The notes under the pieces: model-generated
The model's input: the letters and a program-made list of their open reading frames with translations, nothing else
What the model was told of the DNA's origin: nothing
Databases searched by the model: none
Shown: positions 9,175 through 18,335 of the stretch, in pieces
Position numbering within the stretch: position 1 is the first letter of the stretch
Layout: every line of letters begins with the position of its first letter
Position numbers and translations under genes: made by a program
NCBI GenBank assembly: GCA_965279255.1
Contig: OZ257146.1
Span: 2,091,219 to 2,155,218, forward strand
DNA length: 64,000 nt
Reading direction: 5' to 3'
From: Acidimicrobiales bacterium
GTDB lineage: Bacteria; Actinomycetota; Acidimicrobiia; Acidimicrobiales; Acidimicrobilacustridaceae

Positions 9175-10149
9175 GTGCTGCTCCCCGAGCCCGACGACGC
9201 CCGCCTCGCCCTCGCCGCCGTGCTCGGCGCGTTCCGCTCCCTGGAGCTCCAGCCGGTTCAGCGCGACGTGCTCCGCGACGTCGCCGCCACCGTCTACCGC
9301 CTCGACATCGAGGCCGCACCGATCGAGCCCCTCGACGCCGCCGAGGTCGTCGCCGCCGGCGCCTCCATCGAGCTGCGCCAGCAGGCGGTGCACCTCATGG
9401 TGGTGCTCGAGCTGATCGCCGACCCGGTGCCGCCCGAGCAGGCCACCGCGGTGGAGCACTTCGCCCACGCCCTGGGCGTGCACTCCTCGCTGCTCGACGA
9501 CGCCCGGCACCTGGCCCACCACCACATCGCCCTCATGTACGCCGACCTCCAGCGGTCGAGCTGGTACACCGAGGTCACCGTCGAGGAGTCGCTGCACGGC
9601 AAGGTCTTCGAGCTGGCCCGCTCGAAGTTCGCCTACAGCGGCGTGGTCGCCGACGAGGCCATCGCCCACAAGTGGGAGGGCCTCCGCGACATGCCCGCCG
9701 GCAGCTGGGGCCGCGGCGTCGCCGACTTCTACGAGCGCCACCACTTCCCGTTCCCCGGCGAGCGCCACGGCATCTACGAGGTGGGCGCCCGCCACGACTT
9801 CGTGCACGTGCTCACCGACTACGAGGCGACCCCCGAGGGCGAGCTCGACGTGTTCGCCTTCATCGCCGCCTGCATGCCCGACGAGAAGGGCCTGGTCCTG
9901 CTCGCCGTCACCATCGGCCTGTTCCAGGACGGCGCCATCCACCGGGTGGCCGGCAAGGCCGTGAAGATCGCCCGCACCGACACGCTCGGCGATCCCGGGG
10001 CCGCCGACCGGTGGGCCGAGGCCCTCGACCGCGGGCGGCGCTGCCCGGTCGACGTCATGGGCGGCATCGACCACTTCGCCCTCGCCCCCATGCCCCTCGA
10101 CGAGGCCCGGGTCCGGCTCGGGGTCGCCCCCAAGGGCCTGCCCGCCTAG
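9175..10149 (+). CDS. Hypothetical protein with a Coq4-like HDxxH-x11-E metal motif
   Basis: In frame with ORF 8890..10149, starting at GTG 9175. The sequence ARHDFVHVLTDYEATPEGE matches the zinc-ligand pattern HDxxH(x)11E of the COQ4 family. Confidence 0.55.
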   Translation: MLLPEPDDARLALAAVLGAFRSLELQPVQRDVLRDVAATVYRLDIEAAPIEPLDAAEVVAAGASIELRQQAVHLMVVLELIADPVPPEQATAVEHFAHALGVHSSLLDDARHLAHHHIALMYADLQRSSWYTEVTVEESLHGKVFELARSKFAYSGVVADEAIAHKWEGLRDMPAGSWGRGVADFYERHHFPFPGERHGIYEVGARHDFVHVLTDYEATPEGELDVFAFIAACMPDEKGLVLLAVTIGLFQDGAIHRVAGKAVKIARTDTLGDPGAADRWAEALDRGRRCPVDVMGGIDHFALAPMPLDEARVRLGVAPKGLPA

Positions 10150-10170
10150 CTCCCGCCCGTCTCTCCACCC

Positions 10171-10220
10171 GGAACCGGTGCGCAGAACCCACGCCGGAGC
10201 ACGGGAGGAGCGCACCGTTC
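10171..10220. terminator. Hairpin element between convergent genes (family II)
   Basis: GGAACCGGTGCGC 10171..10183 pairs with GCGCACCGTTC 10210..10220. The loop contains CACGCCGGAGC. The same three blocks recur at 29836..29890. Confidence 0.55.
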
Positions 10221-10237
10221 GGCCCGTCGTCTCCAGG

Positions 10238-10945
10238 TCAGGGAAGGCGGGCCACCAGCGCGGTGAGCACGGCGTCGGCCGACACACCGGCGAGCGGGTG
10301 CACGGCCACGCCGTCGACCAGGCCGCGCACCTCGTCGGCCCCGACGCCCGGGTGGAGGCGCCGCACGCCGGGAGCCAGCAGCGCGGCGTGGCGGTCGGCC
10401 CGCCACCGCAGCGGCACCGAGCACTGGAAGCGGGCGCCGGCGCGGGTGCGGCGCTGGGAGATGCCCACCACCTTCTCGCCGTCGACGAGGACCTCGCCCG
10501 GCCCGGTGCCCCCGAAGCAGACGACCGACCCGAGGGCGCCACACGCCAGCCCACCGCGGTGGGCGACCCCACCGGCCACGCCGAGGTCGGCGAGCACGTC
10601 CACCCACACCTGGCCGAGCCACTCGGCGGCCATGGCCACGTCGTCGTGCCAGAGGAGGTCGCCCCGGGGGACGATCACGTCGATCCAGGCGACGTCGTCG
10701 GGCTCGAGGAGCACCGCCCCTCCCCCGCTACGGCGGCGGACGACCTCGACCCCGAGGGCGGCGGCGGCCTCGGCGTCGACGTCGTCGGCGCGCTGGGTCG
10801 ACCCGAGCACCAGGGCGGAGGCGTCGAGCGAGAAGGCCCAGACCGACCAGCGCGCCGGGTCGGGCACGTCGAGCAGGTGGTGGTCGGCGGCCGCGCCGCG
10901 GTGGTGCTCGACCGCCCAGGCGGTCGAGGTCGTCGGGCCGGTCAC
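10238..10945 (-). CDS. Biotin/lipoate A/B protein-ligase-family protein (LplA/LipB-like)
   Basis: ORF 10238..11128 trimmed to GTG 10945 (GTGA overlap). VRRRSGGGAVLL and GEKVVGISQRRTRAGARFQ (ligase lysine motif) are present. Confidence 0.7.
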   Translation of the reverse strand: MTGPTTSTAWAVEHHRGAAADHHLLDVPDPARWSVWAFSLDASALVLGSTQRADDVDAEAAAALGVEVVRRRSGGGAVLLEPDDVAWIDVIVPRGDLLWHDDVAMAAEWLGQVWVDVLADLGVAGGVAHRGGLACGALGSVVCFGGTGPGEVLVDGEKVVGISQRRTRAGARFQCSVPLRWRADRHAALLAPGVRRLHPGVGADEVRGLVDGVAVHPLAGVSADAVLTALVARLP

Positions 10946-11454
10946 GAGGCGGTTCGGGTGAGCCAGGGCTCCCACTCGGCTCGGGCGAAGGTGCCGGCCC
11001 GCAGCAGCACGGCGCCCACGCCGAGCGGCTCGAAGGGTTGGACCAGCAACGGCATGCCCGCCTCGACCGGGGTGCGGTTGCCCTTGCGGCCGTTGCAGCT
11101 GCGGCAGGCGGCGACGAGGTTCGACCACGAGTGGGCGCCGCCCGGGCGGGAGCGGGGCACGACGTGGTCGACGGTGTCGGCCCGGGCCCGGCAGTACCCG
11201 CAGGTGTGGCCGTCACGGGCGAGCACGCCGCGGCGGGTGACCGGCGTGCGGCGGCCGCGTGGCACGCGCACGTAGGAGAGCAGCCGTATGACGTGGGGGC
11301 GGGCGATCGAGAGCGACGGCGACCGCACCCGGCGCACCTCGTCGGCAGCCACGGTCTCGGCGGCGCCCTCGAGCACGAGCACGACGGCGCGCTGCCAGGC
11401 CACGGTGCTCAGCGGCTCGTAGGTGGCGTTCAGCACGAGGACGTTGTCGCCCAC
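10942..11454 (-). CDS. HNH endonuclease
   Basis: ORF 10942..11577 trimmed to GTG 11454, with AAGGAGA 5 nt upstream. Motif: CGYCRARADTVDHVVPRSRPGGAHSWSNLVAACRSCNGRKGN. Confidence 0.85.
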   Translation of the reverse strand: MGDNVLVLNATYEPLSTVAWQRAVVLVLEGAAETVAADEVRRVRSPSLSIARPHVIRLLSYVRVPRGRRTPVTRRGVLARDGHTCGYCRARADTVDHVVPRSRPGGAHSWSNLVAACRSCNGRKGNRTPVEAGMPLLVQPFEPLGVGAVLLRAGTFARAEWEPWLTRTAS

Positions 11455-11575
11455 CGGCTCTCCTTGTGGCTCGCCGGGCCGACCCGGCCTGGTCCGAAGG
11501 CTACCGGCCGACACCGGGCCGGCGCGGGTCGAGCTCACGCCCACCCGACCGGCACGGCCCGGTAGGTTCCCCGCC

Positions 11576-12421
11576 ATGACCGATCACGTGGAGGGGAAGG
11601 TCGTCGTCGTCACCGGCGCGGCCAGTGGGTTCGGGCGACTCGTCGCCCAGATGGTGGCGGCGCGCGGCGCCAGGGTGGTGGCCGCCGACATCGACGTCGA
11701 GGGCCTGGAGGCCACGGCCGAGTCGATCAGCGCGGCCGGTGGCACCGTCGCCCACCGTCGGGCCGATGTCACCGACCGGGCCGACGTGTTCGCCCTGGCC
11801 GCGTTCGCCGTCGAGCGCTTCGGGGCCATCGACGTCATGGTCAACAACGCCGGCACCATGCCCCTGGCGTTCTTCGCCGACCACGCCCGGGCGGCCGATG
11901 CGTGGGACCGGTGCATCGACATCAACTTCCGGGGCGTGCTCAACGGCATCATGGCCGTGCACGACCAGATGATCGCCCAGGGCCGCGGCCAGGTGATCAA
12001 CATCTCGTCGATCTACGGCAACACCCCGGTGGCGGGGTCGGCCGTCTACACCGCCACCAAGGCGGCGGTGAACGTGCTGTCGGACACCCTGCGCATCGAG
12101 TCGCAGGGAAAGATCAAGGTCACCACGGTGAAGCCCACGGGCGTGCCGGGCACCAACCTCGGCTCGGGCATCGTCAACGGTGACGCCATGGTCGGCATCC
12201 TCGGCCAGAACGCCGCCGCGTTCGGCGAGCAGGCCGCGGTGGCGTGGGGCCCCGACGACAGCCCCGAGAAGGCGGCCATGAACGACCCGGAGAGCATCGC
12301 CTACTGGGCGATCGCCCCCGAGGAGCTGGCCGCCCAGGTCGTCTACGTGATCGACCAGCCGTGGGGCATCTCGATCAGCGACATCACCGTGCGGGCCTCG
12401 GGCGACCTCTACCTCTCCTGA
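11576..12421 (+). CDS. Short-chain dehydrogenase/reductase (SDR)
   Basis: Starts at ATG 11576. Motifs: KVVVVTGAASGFG, NNAG, YTATKAAV. Confidence 0.9.
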   Translation: MTDHVEGKVVVVTGAASGFGRLVAQMVAARGARVVAADIDVEGLEATAESISAAGGTVAHRRADVTDRADVFALAAFAVERFGAIDVMVNNAGTMPLAFFADHARAADAWDRCIDINFRGVLNGIMAVHDQMIAQGRGQVINISSIYGNTPVAGSAVYTATKAAVNVLSDTLRIESQGKIKVTTVKPTGVPGTNLGSGIVNGDAMVGILGQNAAAFGEQAAVAWGPDDSPEKAAMNDPESIAYWAIAPEELAAQVVYVIDQPWGISISDITVRASGDLYLS

Positions 12422-12472
12422 GCCCGGCTCGGCCCGGCTCGGCCCGGTCAGCCCAGCTCAGCCGACCGACGG

Positions 12473-12790
12473 TCAGTGGCCGGAGGTGACCTCGGGCCAC
12501 GCCTTGCACCAGTGCAGGTAGGTGACCACGTCGGCGGGCCGGGGCTCGCCGCCCTGGCCGCCGTAGGCCGTGACCATGCGGAAGTGCAGGTAGGTCGGGT
12601 CGGGCAGCGGGAGGTACGGGGCTCGTCGCCACCAGCCCGTGGGGGCGAGGCGCCCGACCTGGCGCACCGCGGTGGCCCAGAGGTCGGGCCGGCGGGCGAC
12701 GGCCGCGGTGGCACCGAGGGTCCAGCGGAGCGTTGGGGTCGACGGGGAGGGGCCCACGGGGACGAGGTTACCGAGGGGCCGGGACCTCAC
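12473..12790 (-). CDS. Small hypothetical protein (start uncertain)
   Basis: C-terminal part of ORF 12473..13153. A GTG at 12790 forms a GTGA overlap with the ROK kinase stop. The tail reads WWRRAPYLPLPDPTYLHFRMVTAYGGQGGEPRPADVVTYLHWCKAW. Confidence 0.45.
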   Translation of the reverse strand: MRSRPLGNLVPVGPSPSTPTLRWTLGATAAVARRPDLWATAVRQVGRLAPTGWWRRAPYLPLPDPTYLHFRMVTAYGGQGGEPRPADVVTYLHWCKAWPEVTSGH

Positions 12791-13665
12791 CGCCCGATGG
12801 CCACGCCCAGCCCCCGCCAGCCCACCGCCGCCGCGCCGACGAGCGGCCCGTCGGCCCCGAGCTCCCCGGGGCGGATCACCGTGCCCGTCGAGAAGTCGAG
12901 GCGGGCGGAGCGGTCGACCTCGGCCTGGGCGGCGGCGAAGAAGGCGTCGCCGAAGCCGAGCGCCACCGATCCGGCCACCACCGCCAGGCGCAGGTCGAGC
13001 AGGTTGGCCACCGAGGCCACCGCCCGGCCCACGAGGGTGCCGGTGCGCTCCACGATCTCGGGCCCGGCCTCGGCGGCCGGGCGACCGGTGATGGCGGCGA
13101 TGGCCGTGCCCGACGCCTCGGCCTCGAGGCAGCCGCGCGCCCCGCAACCGCACACGTGGCCGTCGGGCACCACGATGACGTGGCCGATGTGTCCGGCGTT
13201 GCCGTCGGCCCCGTCGAGCAGGCGGCCGTCGAGCACGATGCCGCCGCCGACGCCGGTGGACACCACCATGGCGACGTAGTCGTCGTCGCCTCGGGCCGCG
13301 CCGACCCAGCCCTCACCGAGGGCCAGCGCCTTGGCGTCGTTGTCGACGAAGGTGGGCACCTCGACCAGCTCCCCCAGCCGGTCGTGCAGGGGGAACCCGC
13401 GCCAGGCGGGGATGTTGATCGGCGACACCGTCGCCCCACCCCGGGTCATCGGTCCGCCGGTGCCGACCCCGCAGACCGCCGGATCGGCGCCGTCGTCGAG
13501 GACCTCCGCCACGAGAGCGGCCAGCGTCCCGAACATGTCCTCGGCCCCCTCCCGGGCGGGGGTGGCCGCCCGGGCCCGGCGCACCACGGCGCCCTCGAGG
13601 TCGACGAGGCCGACCTCGAGCTTGGTGCCCCCGATGTCGACGGCCAGGGCGAGGTCTCCGGTCAC
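12787..13665 (-). CDS. ROK-family sugar kinase
   Basis: C-terminal 292 aa of ORF 12787..14811, starting at GTG 13665. Motifs: LAVDIGGTKLEVGLV, FVDNDAKALALGE, GHIGHVIV.PDGHVCGCGARGCLEAEASG (ROK zinc motif). Confidence 0.85.
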   Translation of the reverse strand: MTGDLALAVDIGGTKLEVGLVDLEGAVVRRARAATPAREGAEDMFGTLAALVAEVLDDGADPAVCGVGTGGPMTRGGATVSPINIPAWRGFPLHDRLGELVEVPTFVDNDAKALALGEGWVGAARGDDDYVAMVVSTGVGGGIVLDGRLLDGADGNAGHIGHVIVVPDGHVCGCGARGCLEAEASGTAIAAITGRPAAEAGPEIVERTGTLVGRAVASVANLLDLRLAVVAGSVALGFGDAFFAAAQAEVDRSARLDFSTGTVIRPGELGADGPLVGAAAVGWRGLGVAIGR

Positions 13666-13755
13666 GCCCCCGACGGTACCGAACGCCTCCGGGCCGCGTA
13701 GCCTTAGCGGACGGGTGGCCAGCCCGTGCCCACGCGTCGTCGAGAGGAGCAACGG

Positions 13756-14733
13756 GTGACCACCCAGGAGGCCGAGCCCCGCTCGGCGACGTTCGCCGAG
13801 CTGTTCGGCACCATCACCGCCGCTGTCGGCCGCGCCATCAGGGGCAAGTCCGACGTCGTCGAGCTGGCGGTGCTCTGCCTCGTCTCCGAGGGCCACCTCC
13901 TGCTCGAGGACGTGCCCGGCGTCGGCAAGACCACCCTGGCCAAGGCACTGGCGGCCTCGGTCGAGTGCGAGTTCGGGCGCATCCAGTTCACCCCCGACCT
14001 GCTGCCCTCCGACGTCGTGGGCGTCACCGTCTGGAACCGCTCGGCCGACGTGTTCGAGTTCCGACCCGGTCCGGTGTTCGCCTCGATCGTGCTCGGCGAC
14101 GAGCTCAACCGGGCGTCGCCGAAGACCCAGTCGGCCCTGCTCGAGGCCATGGCCGAGAACCAGGTCACCGTCGACGGCACGACCTATCCCCTCGGCCCGC
14201 CGTTCATGGTGATCGCCACCCAGAACCCGGTCGAGCACGAGGGCACCTACCCGCTGCCCGAGAGCCAGCTCGACCGCTTCCTGATGAAGGCGTCGGTGGG
14301 CTACCCCGACCGGACCTCCGAGCTCGAGGTCCTCGACACCCACGGCGACGCCGTCGCCCTCGCCCACCTCAGCCCTGTGGCCACCGCCGCCGACGTGAAC
14401 GGCCTCATCGCCGCGGCCCGCACGGTGCACGCCTCTCCGTCGATCCGCGGCTACCTGGTCGACCTCGCCGACGCCACCCGCCGCCATCCCCACCTCGCCC
14501 TCGGCATGTCGCCCCGGGCCACGTTGTCGCTGCTGCGCGTCGCCCGCTCCCGGGCCGCCTCGCAGGGCCGGGCCTACGTCGTCCCCGACGACGTCAAGGC
14601 CCTCGCCGAGCCCGTCCTCGCCCACCGCCTCGTGGTCACCCCGGAGGCCCAGCTCCAGGGCATCAGCCCGGCCGACGCCCTGCGCGAGGTGCTGGCCACC
14701 ATCCCCGTGCCCACGGCGGCCGGTCAGGCCTGA
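13756..14733 (+). CDS. MoxR-family AAA+ ATPase
   Basis: ORF 13726..14733. GTG 13756 is preceded by GAGGAG. Walker A LLEDVPGVGKTTLAKALA, Walker B LGDELNRASPKTQSALLEAM, and VIATQNP. Confidence 0.9.
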   Translation: MTTQEAEPRSATFAELFGTITAAVGRAIRGKSDVVELAVLCLVSEGHLLLEDVPGVGKTTLAKALAASVECEFGRIQFTPDLLPSDVVGVTVWNRSADVFEFRPGPVFASIVLGDELNRASPKTQSALLEAMAENQVTVDGTTYPLGPPFMVIATQNPVEHEGTYPLPESQLDRFLMKASVGYPDRTSELEVLDTHGDAVALAHLSPVATAADVNGLIAAARTVHASPSIRGYLVDLADATRRHPHLALGMSPRATLSLLRVARSRAASQGRAYVVPDDVKALAEPVLAHRLVVTPEAQLQGISPADALREVLATIPVPTAAGQA

Positions 14734-14737
14734 GCCC

Positions 14738-15928
14738 GTGCTCACCCGCCGCGGCTGGCTCACCGGCGTGCTGGCCGGGGTCCTGCTGGTCCTCGGCCGG
14801 GTGTTCGGCACGATCGAGGGCTACATCGCGGGCGCCGTGCTGGCCGCCCTGCTGGTCGGGTCGGTGCTGTGGCTGGTCGCCACCCGTCTCGACGTGTCGG
14901 TCACCCGGGTGCTGCACCCGCCCAGGGTCCACGCCGGCTCGTCGACCCGGGTCGACCTCGCCGTGGTCAACCGGGCCCGCCGGGCCAGCCCCGTGCTCAC
15001 CCTGCGCGACCGCGTCTCGGGCACCCGGGGGGCGTCGCTCCTCGTGGCGCCGCTCGACCCCGGTGCCGAGACCAGGGCCGCCTACCGCTTCGCCACCGAG
15101 CGCCGGGGCGTGGTCACGGTCGGCCCGCTGCAGGTCGAGCTCACCGACCCGTTCGGGCTCGCCCGCCTGCGCCTGCCCGCCGCCGGCATCTCCGAGCTGG
15201 TCGTCTACCCGCCCATCGAGGCCCTGCCGGCGGTGCCGCTGAGCGCCGGGAACGACCCCCTGGCCGGGTCCGAGCACCCCAACGCCCTCGGCCGCGGTGG
15301 CGAGGACTTCTTCGCCCTGCGGGCCTACGTCGTGGGCGACGACCTGCGCCGGGTGCACTGGCCCGCGACCGCCCGCCACGACGAGCTCATGGTCCGCCAG
15401 GACGAGCTCCCGTGGCAGGGCCGCACCACCCTCGTGATCGACGACCGCGCCGGGGTCCACACCGCCGAGAGCTTCGAGCGCATGGTGTCAGCCGCCGCCA
15501 GCATCCTGGTCGCCGGCAACCGCCGCCAGGACCTCGTCCGGATCGTCACCGCCAGTGGTTCCGACAGCGGCTACGGCGCCGGGCGGGCCCACGTCGAGGG
15601 CCTGCTCGAGGCCCTGGCGTGCATCGAGCCGCAGGGTGGCGCCGACCTGACCGGCGCCGGCGAGGTCCTCGGGGCCACCGGCGTCAGCGGTGCGCTGGTG
15701 GTGCTCACCGGGGGCGCCGGGCCCGACGAGCTCACCGGCCTGGTGGCCCGGGCCGAGCCCTCCGGCCCCGAGGCGCTGCTGTCGTTCGCGCCCGGCGCCA
15801 CCGGTGGACCGACCGTCACCGGCCCGGTGGTGCAGCTGGGCTCCGACACCCCCCTGGCGGCGGGCTGGGCGGCAGCCCTGCGCCGCCGCTCCGGCCGCTC
15901 GCGCACCTCCACCGGGAGGCCGCGTTGA
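14738..15928 (+). CDS. DUF58-family protein (MoxR-associated, vWA-like)
   Basis: Two N-terminal TM helices, then GGEDFFALRAYVVGDDLRRVHWPATAR. Lies 4 nt after the MoxR gene. Confidence 0.8.
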   Translation: MLTRRGWLTGVLAGVLLVLGRVFGTIEGYIAGAVLAALLVGSVLWLVATRLDVSVTRVLHPPRVHAGSSTRVDLAVVNRARRASPVLTLRDRVSGTRGASLLVAPLDPGAETRAAYRFATERRGVVTVGPLQVELTDPFGLARLRLPAAGISELVVYPPIEALPAVPLSAGNDPLAGSEHPNALGRGGEDFFALRAYVVGDDLRRVHWPATARHDELMVRQDELPWQGRTTLVIDDRAGVHTAESFERMVSAAASILVAGNRRQDLVRIVTASGSDSGYGAGRAHVEGLLEALACIEPQGGADLTGAGEVLGATGVSGALVVLTGGAGPDELTGLVARAEPSGPEALLSFAPGATGGPTVTGPVVQLGSDTPLAAGWAAALRRRSGRSRTSTGRPR

Positions 15929-18282
15929 CCACCACCCTGCCGCCCCCCACCGCACCCGCCCACGACGCCGGGCCCCCCGTGCCGCCCCCGCCCGCGGAGC
16001 CGGCCGGCCGCACCCTCCGGCCTCGCAGCGCGGTCCCCGGCCTCCACCTGCTGCTCACCGAGGTCGCCCTCGCCGCCATGACCTGCGCCGCGGTCGTGGG
16101 CTTCGGCCGCATCTTCGCCGACTGGAGCTTCCTCGCCCCGCTCCTCGTCATCGCCCTCGCCGCCCACGTCACCCTGGCGCTCTGCCGTCGGCGGGGCTTC
16201 GGGGTGCCGACCACGTTCGTCATCACCACCGTCGAGTGGTTGCTGGTGGTCACCTGGCTGTTCTTCGTCGACACGACCCTCGCACTGATCCCCACCCCCG
16301 ACACCCTCTCCACCGCCCGCCTCGAGCTCGACCGCTCGTGGTCGGCGTTCTCCCAGGTCGTCTCCCCCGCGCCCGTGCAGACCGGCTTCCTGCTGGCCGC
16401 CGCTGCAGCGGTGGCCGGCGGTGCCTTCCTGGCCGACTGGGCGGCGTTCCGGCTCTGGTCGGCCCGCGAGGCCCTCGTCCCCTCGGTCACCCTGTTCGTC
16501 TTCGCCACCCTGCTCGCCGACGAGCGCTACCGCCCGGCCTCCGCCGTGCTGATGATCGCCGCGGTGATGGCCTTCCTGCTCACCCACCGGGTGGTCGACC
16601 TCGAGCGCTCCGACGGCTGGGTCAGCAGCGGGCGGGCCCGGGCCGGTCGCTCGATGCTCGCCGCCGGCGCCCTGCTCGGCGTGATCGCGCTCGCCCTCGG
16701 CACGCTCGTCGCCCCCCACCTGCCCGGTGTCGACGAGTCACCGCTCGTCGACTGGCGCAACAAGGGCGACGGCAGCAGCGCCCGCATGCTCACCAGCCCG
16801 CTCGTCGACCTGCGCACCCGCCTGGTCGACACCACCAACACCGAGCTGTTCACCGTGCAGTCCGACACCCGCTCGTACTGGCGCATCGCATCGCTCGACC
16901 AGTTCGACGGCACCCAGTGGCGGCTCTCGGCCAACACCGACACCGTCGCCGCGGGAAGCCTCGGCGCCGATCCGCTGCTCCGTTCTGCCCGCGCCGACCA
17001 GGTCTCCCAGCGGTTCACGATCCAGCAGCTGGAGACCAACTGGATCCCCGCCGCCTACCAGCCGATCAGGTTCCGGAGCCTGACCGGCGAGCTCGTCCGC
17101 TACGACAAGGAGACCTCCACCCTCATCTCCGAGGACCCGACCGGCGAGGACAGCACCTACGAGGTGCTCTCGGTCCTGCCGGACTTCACGGCCGAGGAGC
17201 TGCGCTTCGCCGACCAGGACGTGTCGGACGAGGTGCGGAGCTCGCTCGAGCTGCCGGAGGGGTTCAGCCCGAAGGCCAAGCGCATCGCCCGCGAGGCCAC
17301 TGCGGGTGCGGCGACCCACTACGACCAGGCGCTCGCCCTGCAGACCTTCTTCCGGGAGGGGGGCGGGTTCACCTACAGCACCGACGTGCCGCCCGGCCAG
17401 GGCGAGAGCGCCATCGACGACTTCCTCGACCAGCGCGTCGGCTACTGCGAGCAGTTCTCCGGCGCCTTCGCCGCGATGGCCCGCAGCCTCGGCATCCCGG
17501 CCCGGGTCGCGGTGGGCTACACGTGGGGCGACGAGGACCCCGCCAACCCCGGCACGTACCAGGTCCTCGGCCGCAACGCCCACGCCTGGCCCGAGGTCTA
17601 CCTCGGCGAGTTCGGCTGGGTGCCCTTCGAGCCCACGCCCGGCCGCGGCAACCCCGACGCCACCGCCTACACCGGCGTGGCCGGTGCCCAGGAGGACGGC
17701 AGCTCCCCCGCCAGCACCACCACGACCACCGCGCCCGACGCCAGCTCCACCACCACCTCGATCGCGGCCGCCGACGAGACCGCCAGCGCCGTGCTCGACC
17801 GAACCGGCTCGTCCGACGGTGTCGTCGACACGGCGCTGCGGGGCCTGCTGCTCGCCCTCGCGGCGGCGGTGCTCTACCTCGTGGCCGTCCCCGGTGCGCT
17901 GGCCGTGCGCCGGCGCCGCCGCCGGGCCCGGGCCAGCGGCTCACCGTCGGCCGAGGTCGGCGTGGCCTGGACCGAGGTCACCGAGACGCTGGCCGCGGCC
18001 GGGGTCAGGGCCCGCCCCGACGAGACCCACACCGAGCTGGCCGTCCGGGCCGCCGAGGCCGTGCCCACCGCCGCCGACCCCATGGCCCGTCTCGCAGGGG
18101 CCGCCGACGCCACCGCCTACGGCCCCACACCGGGCACCGCCGACGGCACCGACGCCGAGCGCGACGCCGACGAGGTCCGCCAGGCGGTCGACGCCCACCT
18201 GGGCACCAGGGGGCGGATCCGGCGCTTCCTCGACCCGCGCCCGCTGTGGGCCGGCCGGGCCCACCGCCACCGCACGGGCTGA
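15925..18282 (+). CDS. Membrane transglutaminase-domain protein
   Basis: In frame with ORF 14869..18282. TTG 15925 (TTGA overlap) is preceded by GGGAGG. Multiple N-terminal TM helices. Cys-His-Asp core: RVGYCEQFSGAFAAMARSLGIPARVAVGY...NAHAWPEVYLGEFGWVPFEPT. Confidence 0.85.
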   Translation: MTTTLPPPTAPAHDAGPPVPPPPAEPAGRTLRPRSAVPGLHLLLTEVALAAMTCAAVVGFGRIFADWSFLAPLLVIALAAHVTLALCRRRGFGVPTTFVITTVEWLLVVTWLFFVDTTLALIPTPDTLSTARLELDRSWSAFSQVVSPAPVQTGFLLAAAAAVAGGAFLADWAAFRLWSAREALVPSVTLFVFATLLADERYRPASAVLMIAAVMAFLLTHRVVDLERSDGWVSSGRARAGRSMLAAGALLGVIALALGTLVAPHLPGVDESPLVDWRNKGDGSSARMLTSPLVDLRTRLVDTTNTELFTVQSDTRSYWRIASLDQFDGTQWRLSANTDTVAAGSLGADPLLRSARADQVSQRFTIQQLETNWIPAAYQPIRFRSLTGELVRYDKETSTLISEDPTGEDSTYEVLSVLPDFTAEELRFADQDVSDEVRSSLELPEGFSPKAKRIAREATAGAATHYDQALALQTFFREGGGFTYSTDVPPGQGESAIDDFLDQRVGYCEQFSGAFAAMARSLGIPARVAVGYTWGDEDPANPGTYQVLGRNAHAWPEVYLGEFGWVPFEPTPGRGNPDATAYTGVAGAQEDGSSPASTTTTTAPDASSTTTSIAAADETASAVLDRTGSSDGVVDTALRGLLLALAAAVLYLVAVPGALAVRRRRRRARASGSPSAEVGVAWTEVTETLAAAGVRARPDETHTELAVRAAEAVPTAADPMARLAGAADATAYGPTPGTADGTDAERDADEVRQAVDAHLGTRGRIRRFLDPRPLWAGRAHRHRTG

Positions 18283-18335
18283 CCACCCCCGCCCAGACGC
18301 CCCGCCGCCCAGACGCACCGTCGCCCAGACGCGGA

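Noticed and set aside
12422-12461. Possible CRISPR-like or other repeat array.
   Set aside because: The repeats are only 10 nt long, directly abutting with no spacers, and there are just four degenerate copies. No cas genes are present. No CRISPR array exists anywhere in the window.
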